From positions 1-64,000 of IMG/VR virus record IMGVR_UViG_3300021197_001350: a stretch of DNA of 64,000 nt; one strand, given 5' to 3'. Source of the stretch: a virus. The position numbers and the translations under genes are program-made. Shown here piece after piece: positions 19,773 through 29,630 of the stretch (position 1 is the first letter of the stretch; each line of letters starts with the position of its first letter). The notes beneath the pieces were generated by a model that saw nothing but the letters and a program-made list of their open reading frames with translations, did no database searches and was not told the DNA's origin.

Positions 19773-21292
19773 TAGGGTGTTTGTTGAGATGCCTGTTGGG
19801 CTGCCGCTGCTGCTTCTTTATCTAGAATCGTCTGCACTTGCGGTCTAAGTGTGCCATCAGGGTCTCGTTGTGCAAGCATATTTTCTATATAGCTATTAAG
19901 GCTTGCGTAAGCACCTTTCGTACTTGCCTCCATAGCCTCCACATCATCGACAGTGCTAACATCCAGGAAGTTTCTAATGTTCATTCCTGTTCCATCTTTA
20001 GTAGGTGCAACAGCCTGCCAGAAGCTATCATACATACTGTCGCCTTGAGCATCATCCATTCTATCGACAAGTCCTGACATTGCACCTGCTTGCGACTCAT
20101 TAAGCCTCTGCCTCAGCTCAAGCAAGTATCTCACTGCCTGCCCATCATCTGCTATGTTATCCGTTTGATCTAAAGCCATTTGAAATTCATTAGATCCATC
20201 ACCTTCATCAGGAGAAAAAGGATTACCAAATCCGACTGCACTATGCATATCTTCTATTCCAGAAAAAGCGTCACCTCCTACTTGGGTATCCTCGACACCG
20301 CTTTCATATCTTGCAAGGGGAGCTATACCTGGCTTTAAGGAGGCAGGTATCCCCATTGCAGCATCCAAGGCATTCTTTTGTTGACCAGGTGTCGCAGGTG
20401 TAGGTGCATACATTTGCGGACGAGGTTGGGTTATCCCAGAGTAAGATGAGTAATCTATACCACCACCCTGAACACCTTTAAGTATTTGTGCTTCCCTTCC
20501 CTGTAGCTGCCTGAGTGTTCCATTGATTGAAAGTATTTGATTCTGGATCCGAGGATCCTGCAATGCCGACTGCTTCGTCTGGTTTACAAAATTTCTATAA
20601 TCGGTTATGTATTTCTCCGCCAAGTCAGTCGGTGCAGTATTCTTAAGCCAATTCATAAATGAACTAGTGCTTGCAGTAACACTACCCCGCTGCCCGCCTG
20701 GCATAGTAATATTCATACCGCTTGCGCTAAGCCTTGCAAGGAAAGCTTCATTCATCGATATGGTTCTCTCGCCAGCCTCCTTATCAAAGCCTTGACCTGG
20801 AGCCAAGGGTGTCTCAATAAGTAAACTGTTCTGTATATCAGCCAACTGCATACCTTTGGCTCGAATCTTTTCTCTAAGCTCTGGCAACTCACCTGCCATT
20901 AATTCAGACTGACCTTGAAGGTATTCACGCTGAGCGTCCAAGTCTTCTTGAGCATAATTTCTTTGCTCCTCAAGATCTTCTTTCTTGTATGCTCTTTCCG
21001 CCTCAAGATCTTCTTTCTTGTATGCTCTTTGCGTCTCAAGATCTTCCAACTGGAATCCTCTTCGCATTTTAAGATCTTTCCTTGCTGCCCTACGCCTTGC
21101 CTCAAGTTCCATCGCAAGACGCTCGGTAGAAGCTTCGTTTCTCATACCCTGCTCAAACTGAAAATCTTCTCTACCCTGCTGCCTTTTTAACTCAGCCTGA
21201 CCTTCGTTGTATCTCCTTTGCTCCTCAATCTGCTGCATAAGGAAAGGATCCATAGGCTTATTTATTAAAGGTCTTACATAATTAGCTGCCAT
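19772..21292 (-). CDS. Putative internal virion (ejection) protein with 11-aa repeats
   Basis: Position before the giant gene; helical Q/E/R-rich N-terminus with EDLEAERAYKK-type repeats. Confidence 0.65.
   Translation of the reverse strand: MAANYVRPLINKPMDPFLMQQIEEQRRYNEGQAELKRQQGREDFQFEQGMRNEASTERLAMELEARRRAARKDLKMRRGFQLEDLETQRAYKKEDLEAERAYKKEDLEEQRNYAQEDLDAQREYLQGQSELMAGELPELREKIRAKGMQLADIQNSLLIETPLAPGQGFDKEAGERTISMNEAFLARLSASGMNITMPGGQRGSVTASTSSFMNWLKNTAPTDLAEKYITDYRNFVNQTKQSALQDPRIQNQILSINGTLRQLQGREAQILKGVQGGGIDYSSYSGITQPRPQMYAPTPATPGQQKNALDAAMGIPASLKPGIAPLARYESGVEDTQVGGDAFSGIEDMHSAVGFGNPFSPDEGDGSNEFQMALDQTDNIADDGQAVRYLLELRQRLNESQAGAMSGLVDRMDDAQGDSMYDSFWQAVAPTKDGTGMNIRNFLDVSTVDDVEAMEASTKGAYASLNSYIENMLAQRDPDGTLRPQVQTILDKEAAAAAQQASQQTP
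20969..21046. repeat. 33-bp tandem repeat (~2.4 near-exact copies) encoding the 11-aa repeat
   Basis: CTCAAGATCTTC recurs at 20969, 21002 and 21035. Confidence 0.85.
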
Positions 21293-21301
21293 ATTTTCCT
21301 C

Positions 21302-24076
21302 CTATTGTTCCCAATCCATATCAAAACCATCATCAAAATCTCCAAGCCCTAGGTCTAGGTCACCGCCACCTAAGTCAAATGCATTTTGACCCCCGAGCTG
21401 TCCGTTAGCTGCGGTATACTCATCGTGTGTATATGCCTCACCAGTTAGCGGATTCAATCCATACCCTAAATCCTCTTCGGTTCCCCCGAATGATCCGTCA
21501 CCCTGACCTTGGTTTTGTATATTCCCTGCAGCAGTGCCAGCTCCACCTGAGTTATTAAATGCATTTACTGCACCACCACCCGCAATCTCCACAGGAGTTA
21601 GCCCTAGGTTCTGAGACTCACTTAAGAAATTTGATGACTGCTCACCTAGATCTCCTAGTCCCCCAAGCTCAAGATCTAAACCTCCGAAGTCTAATCCTAA
21701 TTCCTCATCAGACATTTGAAAGTCACCAGTGCTAGCCTCATATAAGGCAAGCTCTTCTTCGGGTATAGCAACACCAAGCTCATCCATTTCCTCTTTAGTA
21801 TATACCTGTATTTTGCCCTCGGCATCAGTGACCTCAAAGTATCCCGCGTCTGCGTTCCACCTTACGCTCCCCGAAAAATCGTTCCCGTCCCCTGTTATCG
21901 GCAAATAAGGATAGTCTTCGCCTTGTAAAGAGCCTGTGGTCGCGCCAGTATTCTGATCTCCTGGAACCCCATTCTGTCCTGCGTATAAGTCTTCAACAAA
22001 ATCATCCACTTCCCTCTCGACCTTATCCTCTTCACTCTCAAAGAATCCCTCCTCATTAATACCCTTTATGGAAAAGGAATCAATAACCCCGTCTCCATCG
22101 GTATCTACCCCTTCGGTTCCAGGCACTGTCTCACTTAAAGGATTACCATCGTCATCGAAAAACCCTGTATCAGATCCATCAAGATACTCCCTACCCCCAT
22201 TTACTGGGTTTATCTGGTAATACTTGCCTGAGTCTGGCTCATAAAATAATGTATCCTGCTCGTTGATAACTCCATCACCATTCATGTCAGTGCGGTCATC
22301 AACCCCATTCCCGTCATCGTCAAGTATAGCACCTGGGGGGAGGCTGGGATTCATAACAACTCCACCACCGTCACCAGTTGTATTAGAGTCATCATCTGTT
22401 GTGGTTTCCGTACTGCCACCCACTACAATGGTTTCTCCATTTGAACCTACTAGATTACCGTTATCACCCGTCTTATATGTGACAGTTTCCTCATCATCCC
22501 CACCGAATAAAGAACCTATACCACTAGCAATGCCAGCGAATCCACTCTTAATACCCGCAAGCATACTTTCAATGAGTCCATCCTTTTCCGCACCTTCACT
22601 CTTAGTGATGCGATCTAGTAAATTACTCAACCAATCAAACTCAGGAGCGTGCATTTGCTCAGCAATGTCAGGGTCTCCAAAGTTTGCTGGGCCTACTCTA
22701 TACTCAGCAAGCATATCCTGCTCAGTTTCAACACCACTTGCCAAAGCCTTATCCCTCTCTGCTATACGATCCATCTCGTACAACTCTTGCTGGTAACCCT
22801 CAAACTTAAGCTTATCCCTTATGTTGGTTATGTAATCTTTATTCTTTATTAAATTCCCAGCCGCTGTTGCATCAGCAGCACCCTCTCTTTGGGCTTGCTC
22901 CATTCCTGATTTACGCAACCGCTCCTCTCCACGCACATTCGCGTCACCCTGCATCTGAGATGATTTAACGGCAGCTTCACCCTCAAGCCTAGCTCTTCTT
23001 ACATGAGCATCTCCGAGTATCTTTGCGTTCTCTATGTTTATGTCAGACAACTGCTTAGCAAGCACAGTATTGTTGGCGAGAAACTCTCTGGCTAGATCTC
23101 TAGTGTGGCGAGATGAAAGCCCTTGGAATCCACCCTTATAACGCTCAGCTTGAAGGTCGTTGTATATATCCAACCTTGCTTCTTTTGCTGAAGCGGAGAG
23201 TAGGTCATACTTGTCCTCATTTGCGGCCACAACCGCCATTGCTCTGTAATACTCCTGGTCAGATACAGACTCAGCTTGATCGTTGAGGGCATCACCTACA
23301 TCAACAGCCCTGCGGAAGTCAGCTTTATTAATCTCTCCAGTTCCTATAGAGTCGGCGAGATTGATTGCATCCGCAGTATCACCGAGTATAGCATTTAAGC
23401 TATTAATCAATTCAGTCCGTGCCTTTGATAGGGACTCAACCTTTACCCCATCCTCTTCTATGTCTTCATCAATTAAGGCTGATGTTATAAATGTACTTGT
23501 TCTCTCAGATTGAAGATCCGCAAACTTAGCTATCGCATCAAGGAGTGCTTTCCTTTCCTCTGGTGTCTCTAGTTGTTGTACGACTTTCCTTATTTGATTC
23601 TGATTGGCAAGTACTACATCCTCAACCTCTCTGCTATATAATCCCTCACCTCCGTAAGTTTCAAAACTTGTTGTACCACCTATCTCCTCAACGCGAGCCT
23701 GTGCTTCAGCTTGAGTGGCGAAGCTTTCATTAACTGTGCCATCACCATTTTTATCTACGCCAAATGTTCCATCACCATTTGCTATTACAACTGCGGGATT
23801 ATAAAAGTATCCACTTCGGTCACCTTCAGGATCGCTAGTATCGTAACCCCTAGTTTTCTTGACCCATTTTTCTTTTAAGTCATTACCTTCTTTTGCTATT
23901 TTTTGAGCGTGTGCATTCCAATCTTCTATTGCCTTCTTACCCTGCTCGGACTTCCACCAGTCCATACCCATGCCCATAGCCTCACTACCAACAACTGACT
24001 CCATGAAGTCCATAACGGACTTACCGCTATCAATTAGGATGTCGCCGATACCTTTTACTTTTTCTTTAGTTGCCAT
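21302..24076 (-). CDS. Very acidic putative internal/pilot virion protein with DxDxDG-type Ca-binding motifs
   Basis: DKNGDG, DDDGNG, DMNGDG, DTDGDG motifs; LDFGG/LDLGL acidic repeats at C-terminus. Confidence 0.6.
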   Translation of the reverse strand: MATKEKVKGIGDILIDSGKSVMDFMESVVGSEAMGMGMDWWKSEQGKKAIEDWNAHAQKIAKEGNDLKEKWVKKTRGYDTSDPEGDRSGYFYNPAVVIANGDGTFGVDKNGDGTVNESFATQAEAQARVEEIGGTTSFETYGGEGLYSREVEDVVLANQNQIRKVVQQLETPEERKALLDAIAKFADLQSERTSTFITSALIDEDIEEDGVKVESLSKARTELINSLNAILGDTADAINLADSIGTGEINKADFRRAVDVGDALNDQAESVSDQEYYRAMAVVAANEDKYDLLSASAKEARLDIYNDLQAERYKGGFQGLSSRHTRDLAREFLANNTVLAKQLSDINIENAKILGDAHVRRARLEGEAAVKSSQMQGDANVRGEERLRKSGMEQAQREGAADATAAGNLIKNKDYITNIRDKLKFEGYQQELYEMDRIAERDKALASGVETEQDMLAEYRVGPANFGDPDIAEQMHAPEFDWLSNLLDRITKSEGAEKDGLIESMLAGIKSGFAGIASGIGSLFGGDDEETVTYKTGDNGNLVGSNGETIVVGGSTETTTDDDSNTTGDGGGVVMNPSLPPGAILDDDGNGVDDRTDMNGDGVINEQDTLFYEPDSGKYYQINPVNGGREYLDGSDTGFFDDDGNPLSETVPGTEGVDTDGDGVIDSFSIKGINEEGFFESEEDKVEREVDDFVEDLYAGQNGVPGDQNTGATTGSLQGEDYPYLPITGDGNDFSGSVRWNADAGYFEVTDAEGKIQVYTKEEMDELGVAIPEEELALYEASTGDFQMSDEELGLDFGGLDLELGGLGDLGEQSSNFLSESQNLGLTPVEIAGGGAVNAFNNSGGAGTAAGNIQNQGQGDGSFGGTEEDLGYGLNPLTGEAYTHDEYTAANGQLGGQNAFDLGGGDLDLGLGDFDDGFDMDWEQ

Positions 24077-24080
24077 AGAT

Positions 24081-25592
24081 CTACTCTCCTGCGTTATACT
24101 TCACATGAATGAAGTCTAGTATCTCAGGGAATGTAAATCCTTTCTCCCTGGCTTCCTCGACCGCAGAAACAAGTTCGGGCGTTCTATTGAAATCACGCAT
24201 AGCTCTTTTCTTATCCCGATCTTGCTCCTCTTGAATTTCCTTCTCTCTGTCAACCGCCCCCGCCTTATCTTCGCTCTTAAGCCTTTCGAGCAACGCCTCA
24301 AACTCTGGGCCTCCGCAAGCTTGCAGTTTAGCAGGATCTGTTGCCTCAAATGCGTCACCCCATCCCATAACATCTATATCTGAAGCAGCACCATCTACAC
24401 AGACAGTTAAGGTTTCCTTTTGTAAACCTAACAGCCAGTTATTAATGGTTTCAATCTCTGCTTCGTTTTCACAGACTCTAGCAGCTAGCCCTTCCAAAGT
24501 TGCAATCAAGCCCATCACCTCTGCCCATAGTTCTCCTATTTGAGTCCAAACTGCAATAGCTTGCGCGCCAAACGCTGCCCAAAGATCTGCTATCTGAATT
24601 GCGTTATTTCCTATTTGTTGTCCGAGTGCCGCTATTGCAGCAATAAGCCCATTAAATACCTTGTTCATCCATTTCTCTAGCTCCGCTAAAGCCAGCTTGA
24701 CCGCCGCAGACAGCTTCTGCATTTGCTCACTAATCTTATTAACATGACCTATTATTTGGTTAAGCCTATTCTGGAGGGTAAGAATATCCTCAGTGTTGAC
24801 CGCAACATCATCAGCCAAGTCACCTAAGTCATCAGCAATCTTTTGCACAGTTGCAGCGAGATTCTGTATAGCCTCAATAATCGGGGATAAATCTATACCA
24901 TCTCCGTCAGGATTAATCAGAGCATCTAGCAACTCAAGTATAGTTTGTATAGCTATATTTATAGCATCAAGCTGAGCTTGGAATCCCGATATCGCTACAT
25001 TAATCTGAAAGTCTACATATGTCTGTATCCTGCGAACCAGTTCTTCTATATCTATCTGCTCTACCACATTAATATTAGTAATGAACTGACTTAGATACTC
25101 ATTAAATATAGTATCTGGCGACTCGAAGTATTCATTAATAATAGTCCTGAAGTCAAAAAACTCCTGTATCTCTTCAGTCACAAATATTTCATTGAAGTAT
25201 GTGTTAAAATTTTCAGTGAAGAATTGTTCTATAAATTCGTTCAGGAACTCAGTAAAGGTCGGGCCTCCAATTATTGTATTTGTTATAAAGTCACCCTCGT
25301 TAACAACCCACCTCTTTAAGTTCTCGGTGAAAAACTGATTATTGAAAAGATCATTAATTGTATTCTCATTCCACTGAACATTGGTTACTTCTGTCTGCAA
25401 GTATCTAGTGTTTGCGTCCACACCAAGTATAGCTCTACGCAAAAGCTCAAGATTGTCATCAGCTTGCGTATGATTTAGAGGCTCACCATTATACCTACGC
25501 AATGTAATAAATTCGCTCTCCGTGTAGTCAGGCGCGTTCCCAGGGTTATTATTCCTTAACCTAATTATGTCTTCGTTAAATGGTAAGCTCAT
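24081..25592 (-). CDS. Coiled-coil tail fibre/needle-like protein
   Basis: N-terminal ITLRRYNGEPLNHTQADDNL resembles the common phage fibre-anchor motif; long heptad region. Confidence 0.55.
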   Translation of the reverse strand: MSLPFNEDIIRLRNNNPGNAPDYTESEFITLRRYNGEPLNHTQADDNLELLRRAILGVDANTRYLQTEVTNVQWNENTINDLFNNQFFTENLKRWVVNEGDFITNTIIGGPTFTEFLNEFIEQFFTENFNTYFNEIFVTEEIQEFFDFRTIINEYFESPDTIFNEYLSQFITNINVVEQIDIEELVRRIQTYVDFQINVAISGFQAQLDAINIAIQTILELLDALINPDGDGIDLSPIIEAIQNLAATVQKIADDLGDLADDVAVNTEDILTLQNRLNQIIGHVNKISEQMQKLSAAVKLALAELEKWMNKVFNGLIAAIAALGQQIGNNAIQIADLWAAFGAQAIAVWTQIGELWAEVMGLIATLEGLAARVCENEAEIETINNWLLGLQKETLTVCVDGAASDIDVMGWGDAFEATDPAKLQACGGPEFEALLERLKSEDKAGAVDREKEIQEEQDRDKKRAMRDFNRTPELVSAVEEAREKGFTFPEILDFIHVKYNAGE

Positions 25593-25629
25593 GTGATATA
25601 CTCCAATTAATTATATTTTACACTTAAGA

Positions 25630-25875
25630 TCAACTATCATTTTCCATTTGATCATTGATAAAGTCTATTTGCTCTTGCGTGAGTGGCGTTATTTGGGACT
25701 CAAGAGAGAACTGTAGTACCCCCTTAACCCTTTCCCACCATGATGCCAAAGCACTGTTATACTCTTCAGCCCACTCAAATTCTTCTGGCGGAATTACAGG
25801 AAGCTCCATAGATGTTGGCAGGTTAACAGTCTTAGCTACACCTTTCCTTATTGGTGTTCTGATTTTTCTACCCAC
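25630..25875 (-). CDS. Small tail-associated hypothetical protein
   Basis: Overlaps the end of the nozzle-like gene. Confidence 0.55.
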   Translation of the reverse strand: MGRKIRTPIRKGVAKTVNLPTSMELPVIPPEEFEWAEEYNSALASWWERVKGVLQFSLESQITPLTQEQIDFINDQMENDS

Positions 25876-28800
25876 CTGCGCCTCCCGCTACCACTCTTCC
25901 GCCACCGCCACCACCACCATAACCTTCTCCTGTGGCCTGAGTCTGGGATCTACTATTAACATCTGATACCTCAAACATTCTAGATGCCAATCGCAATGGG
26001 TTATCTTTTCCTGTGACAGTTATCTTATCCTTATAAAATAAAGCTCTCGACCAAACAGGAACCATAGTCTCGTCATCAAGATCATCAATCGAGTGATCCA
26101 CCACAAGAACTTTTTCATCAAGCAGTGATCCCTGTGTAAATAATTGCATATTAGTGCCTATGGCGGGATCTGTCTGATCAAGTAATAGTACATAAGATCT
26201 AATGTCTTTCTCATTAAATCTATCCTTAAAGTTCATTAATGTACTTGATAATACTGAAGTGTAATCTAACCCCACCCTATTGAAGACTGACGGTATATCT
26301 CCGTATCCATAGCCATATGTATATACAACCCCATCGTAAGATATGATTGCCATATCGTCACTCCTCTCGGTGAATGGATTATGAGGGCGGCGGATAGTTA
26401 ATCCCGCAGTGAAGTGCTGATCGATATGTGATAAAGTGTTAGTTCTGTAATCAAAGGCAAGCGTTGCTTCATCTTCGAGTTCCCTTGGCAAGCAGAACCA
26501 TATCTCGCCAGTAAGTGCATTATCATAAGAAAACACTGTCTCCTGATCATACAAACTTAAATCCTTCCAGAACTGCGGGCCGACCTGAAATGCTGAGACC
26601 CAAGAAGGTTCAGCCTCCGTTAGGTCAACCTTGAAAACTCCAGTAAGTCCAACAAATATATGATACTTATCTACGATATTTGATACTGAATGCCTAAATA
26701 GAGCAGCGCGATTTCCAGTATACCTCTCAGTGAAACTAAATGGATCTGAGCTAGACTGCGTTAGTTGCGCCATCCAATAACCTGTTTGCCTATAGATGAT
26801 TAGCACATCCATAAGTTTCTCCATTTTTAGTATCCTACTACCATCACCCAATATCTCAGTAGAGCTTCCTCCTACTGTATTTGAGAATGCAGTAGTATTA
26901 TGAACGAAGTCAGATACCACAATAGATTGTTCATCTCCAGCTGTGGCGGATACCTTACTTGCTTGTGCTGTAAAATCCTGACTGGCAGTCACGCCTAAAG
27001 TAGATGGTTGTGTTGCTACAGTAATTCCACCACCACCACCAAACAACCCATCACCATCAACAAGTATATTGCCATCAATTTCTATAGCTGAAATGCCAGA
27101 ACCAAAACCATTATTCCTTAAGGTCTTTACCTTATCAAACTCACCACCAGATATTGTTACCGTCTCCCACCTGCTTGCCACACCAGAACTATTTGGCAAT
27201 ACAGCTCCCACCTGCGCGCCTTCCTTAAAAAACTTCACGCCCCCATGAGCATAACCACCTGATGGAACATAAACCTTAATTACTGATCCATCTATAGTAA
27301 AGGGGAATTGTATATCTAAGTCTACACCCGCACCACTAGAGGCTATTATGGTAGCAGTATTCCCATCAAATAAGTTTTTAATATCCCTAGCTGGATCCTT
27401 CCCCGTGGTCGTAACTACATCGGAGTATATGGTGTTAGCTCCACCCTCCAGTTCAGCATTAAGGCCATCGGGTGATATTGGGCCAGGCAACTCGGTATAC
27501 TCAGCGTCAATTGATGTTGGCGATGATGGGCCAGGCTGTCTTTGTGGTGCTGCAGGTATTGGGTCAAAATGATCAGTGGCATCGAGTGATGTGGAAGCCC
27601 TTGGCGTGTCCGTTACATCATCATGTGTAGACGCTTCACCTGATGCTGAATCCGCCAGCTCAAAGTAAAGTATATTACCATCACTACCTTCAACTATATT
27701 TGTTATCTTAGTGACAAGGTTAGCCCCTAGTGGGCCAGCGGCGGAAATAATAAAGTTCTGCCCTACATCAAAAGATTTAGACACATTAGGTAAAGCGGGT
27801 ATCCACTTGTTACTGCCTGCACTAATAGAGCCATTGGCAGAGACACCCCATTCACGAGGATCTCCTGGTGCTGACCAGACTATAGCATACTGCGTTTCGT
27901 TAATAACCAGATCATACTCTTCGACAATCTCAGGGCTTATGTTGCAGTATGGATCTATATCATTTTCAGCACAAATAGTAGACCATCGCTCTAGCTCGCC
28001 GTCTGCAAACTCAGTTAAGTCTGCACACAATAAGTAGCCTCCATGCTCAGCGATACAACCTACCCGAACAATACCTAGCTCCCTTAGTGCATAAATTTGC
28101 TCAGACTTTTCCCACTCCTCCCTGTATATATAAGGCAAGTCTATTCCGTTATTACATATAGCGTAACCATTTAATGCTACAGCCTCCCATCTGTTATTCT
28201 CAAATAGATTAACTTTTGCTATAGCACCAGTTCCATTACCCACAGTGTCTTCGATGGTTACCTCTGGAGGTCTAGTATAGTCCTTACCTTTGTCGGTTAT
28301 GGTTATCTCACCAACCCTTCTTGGTTTAGCTACCCACTGAAACCTTTCGGTTTCATATACGGCCTTAGGAAAGCTTATAGCCATTCCGTAATCAAAATTT
28401 ACTGCGGTTGAGGAAATCTCACCATTCTCTATTAATGGAGTCCTGTACTCGCCAGCTCCGCGATACAAATTAAAAGATGAGCCACTCACATCTACTGAGT
28501 AGTTCCTTCTCCTCTTTCCAGTGTACGCTCCTGTTATACTTGGCGCGCCTTCTCCTTGAGGTGGCTCAATCTCTGCGCCTACTATATTAGCCGAAGCCTT
28601 ACCTACTCCATCAATACTAACTACAGGCTGAGAATCTTCACTGAAATACTCACCCTCCGATAGTAGCTCTATAGATCGAATACTTCCTGGTACAGTTACG
28701 CCTTCTTGTATTATCTTCCAATTAAAAGAAAAGGATCCACCCTGGTGGTATCCGTCATTCTTGTTCGCATCAGGGACAATCCAGTCTCCATCTAAATAGT

Positions 28801-29119
28801 CAGCCAGATCATTGTTAGCAAACAGCCTATACAACTTGTCGCCAGCCGCAGCAAGCAGTGCGGTGTCTCCATTTGGTCTTGAGAACTGAAAGAATAGAGT
28901 TACATCATCATCCTCATATAGAGGCATATTTAGCGGGTTCTTATCAAACTTTGGATTAAATAAAGACCAACCCTCTCTTCGCATTTCTACATCAAGCTCC
29001 CTGCGAAAGTTCTTCTTGATACTGTAATTTGGTTCAGCTCCAGTATCTTCAGCTAGCCCACCAATAAGCTTACCACCCTGAGGTGGTCTCAACTCTACAC
29101 TTTTATATCTGGACGGCAT
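25868..29119 (-). CDS. Tail nozzle / head-stabilisation protein (P22 gp10 / T7 gp12-like) with inserted beta-rich domains
   Basis: Position, size, beta-propeller-like segments (GEIWFCLP..TLAFDYRTNTLS), ITITDKGKDYTRPPEVTI repeats. Confidence 0.6.
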   Translation of the reverse strand: MPSRYKSVELRPPQGGKLIGGLAEDTGAEPNYSIKKNFRRELDVEMRREGWSLFNPKFDKNPLNMPLYEDDDVTLFFQFSRPNGDTALLAAAGDKLYRLFANNDLADYLDGDWIVPDANKNDGYHQGGSFSFNWKIIQEGVTVPGSIRSIELLSEGEYFSEDSQPVVSIDGVGKASANIVGAEIEPPQGEGAPSITGAYTGKRRRNYSVDVSGSSFNLYRGAGEYRTPLIENGEISSTAVNFDYGMAISFPKAVYETERFQWVAKPRRVGEITITDKGKDYTRPPEVTIEDTVGNGTGAIAKVNLFENNRWEAVALNGYAICNNGIDLPYIYREEWEKSEQIYALRELGIVRVGCIAEHGGYLLCADLTEFADGELERWSTICAENDIDPYCNISPEIVEEYDLVINETQYAIVWSAPGDPREWGVSANGSISAGSNKWIPALPNVSKSFDVGQNFIISAAGPLGANLVTKITNIVEGSDGNILYFELADSASGEASTHDDVTDTPRASTSLDATDHFDPIPAAPQRQPGPSSPTSIDAEYTELPGPISPDGLNAELEGGANTIYSDVVTTTGKDPARDIKNLFDGNTATIIASSGAGVDLDIQFPFTIDGSVIKVYVPSGGYAHGGVKFFKEGAQVGAVLPNSSGVASRWETVTISGGEFDKVKTLRNNGFGSGISAIEIDGNILVDGDGLFGGGGGITVATQPSTLGVTASQDFTAQASKVSATAGDEQSIVVSDFVHNTTAFSNTVGGSSTEILGDGSRILKMEKLMDVLIIYRQTGYWMAQLTQSSSDPFSFTERYTGNRAALFRHSVSNIVDKYHIFVGLTGVFKVDLTEAEPSWVSAFQVGPQFWKDLSLYDQETVFSYDNALTGEIWFCLPRELEDEATLAFDYRTNTLSHIDQHFTAGLTIRRPHNPFTERSDDMAIISYDGVVYTYGYGYGDIPSVFNRVGLDYTSVLSSTLMNFKDRFNEKDIRSYVLLLDQTDPAIGTNMQLFTQGSLLDEKVLVVDHSIDDLDDETMVPVWSRALFYKDKITVTGKDNPLRLASRMFEVSDVNSRSQTQATGEGYGGGGGGGRVVAGGAGG

Positions 29120-29133
29120 GGCTCATCGAGCCA

Positions 29134-29304
29134 TCAGTAACTCATTCCGCGCTTAGCTTTAGTTTTAGCTTTAGGCTTCTTAGATACAACCTTACCGCCA
29201 AGCTTCTTAGCTAGCTTCTTAGCTTTTTCCTTACCAGCCTTAGTGTACGCTGTCTTGACGGTCTTACTCTTACCGCCCTTACCCTTGTATGTTACGCTTG
29301 GCAC
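29134..29304 (-). CDS. Small Lys-rich protein (MPSVTYKGK...YTKAGKEKAKK)
   Basis: GTG start overlapping the upstream TAG; highly basic. Confidence 0.6.
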   Translation of the reverse strand: MPSVTYKGKGGKSKTVKTAYTKAGKEKAKKLAKKLGGKVVSKKPKAKTKAKRGMSY

Positions 29305-29585
29305 TACGGTGTGATGGTTACATTTACAACTCCAGGAGAGGTGCAAAAGGTTTCCCCTGCATCATTGAATGCCGACACTCTGTAAGTGTAGTCGCCTGCG
29401 TCAACGCCAGTATCAACAAACTGAGCATCCTGAATGCCCGTAGTTCCTGTACTGTCAACTCTGTGAGTGACCGCCACTAAAGTACTCTGAAATGTATCCG
29501 TGTCTAAAGTTCCGTTCTGACGATATACTTTAAACCCAGTCTCATTGTCTGAGTTATCGTTCCATGTTAATTTTACATTAGCCAT
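29304..29585 (-). CDS. Stand-alone fibronectin type III domain protein
   Basis: LTWNDNSDNETGFKVYR...YTYRVSAFNDAGE matches the FN3 consensus. Confidence 0.85.
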   Translation of the reverse strand: MANVKLTWNDNSDNETGFKVYRQNGTLDTDTFQSTLVAVTHRVDSTGTTGIQDAQFVDTGVDAGDYTYRVSAFNDAGETFCTSPGVVNVTITP

Positions 29586-29630
29586 AATTTTAATTTAATT
29601 GTTATACTTGTTGTGTCAAATTCAATCTGC

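Noticed and set aside
20899-21190. Alternative-frame ORFs over the 33-bp repeat
   Set aside because: Open frames are a by-product of the tandem repeat
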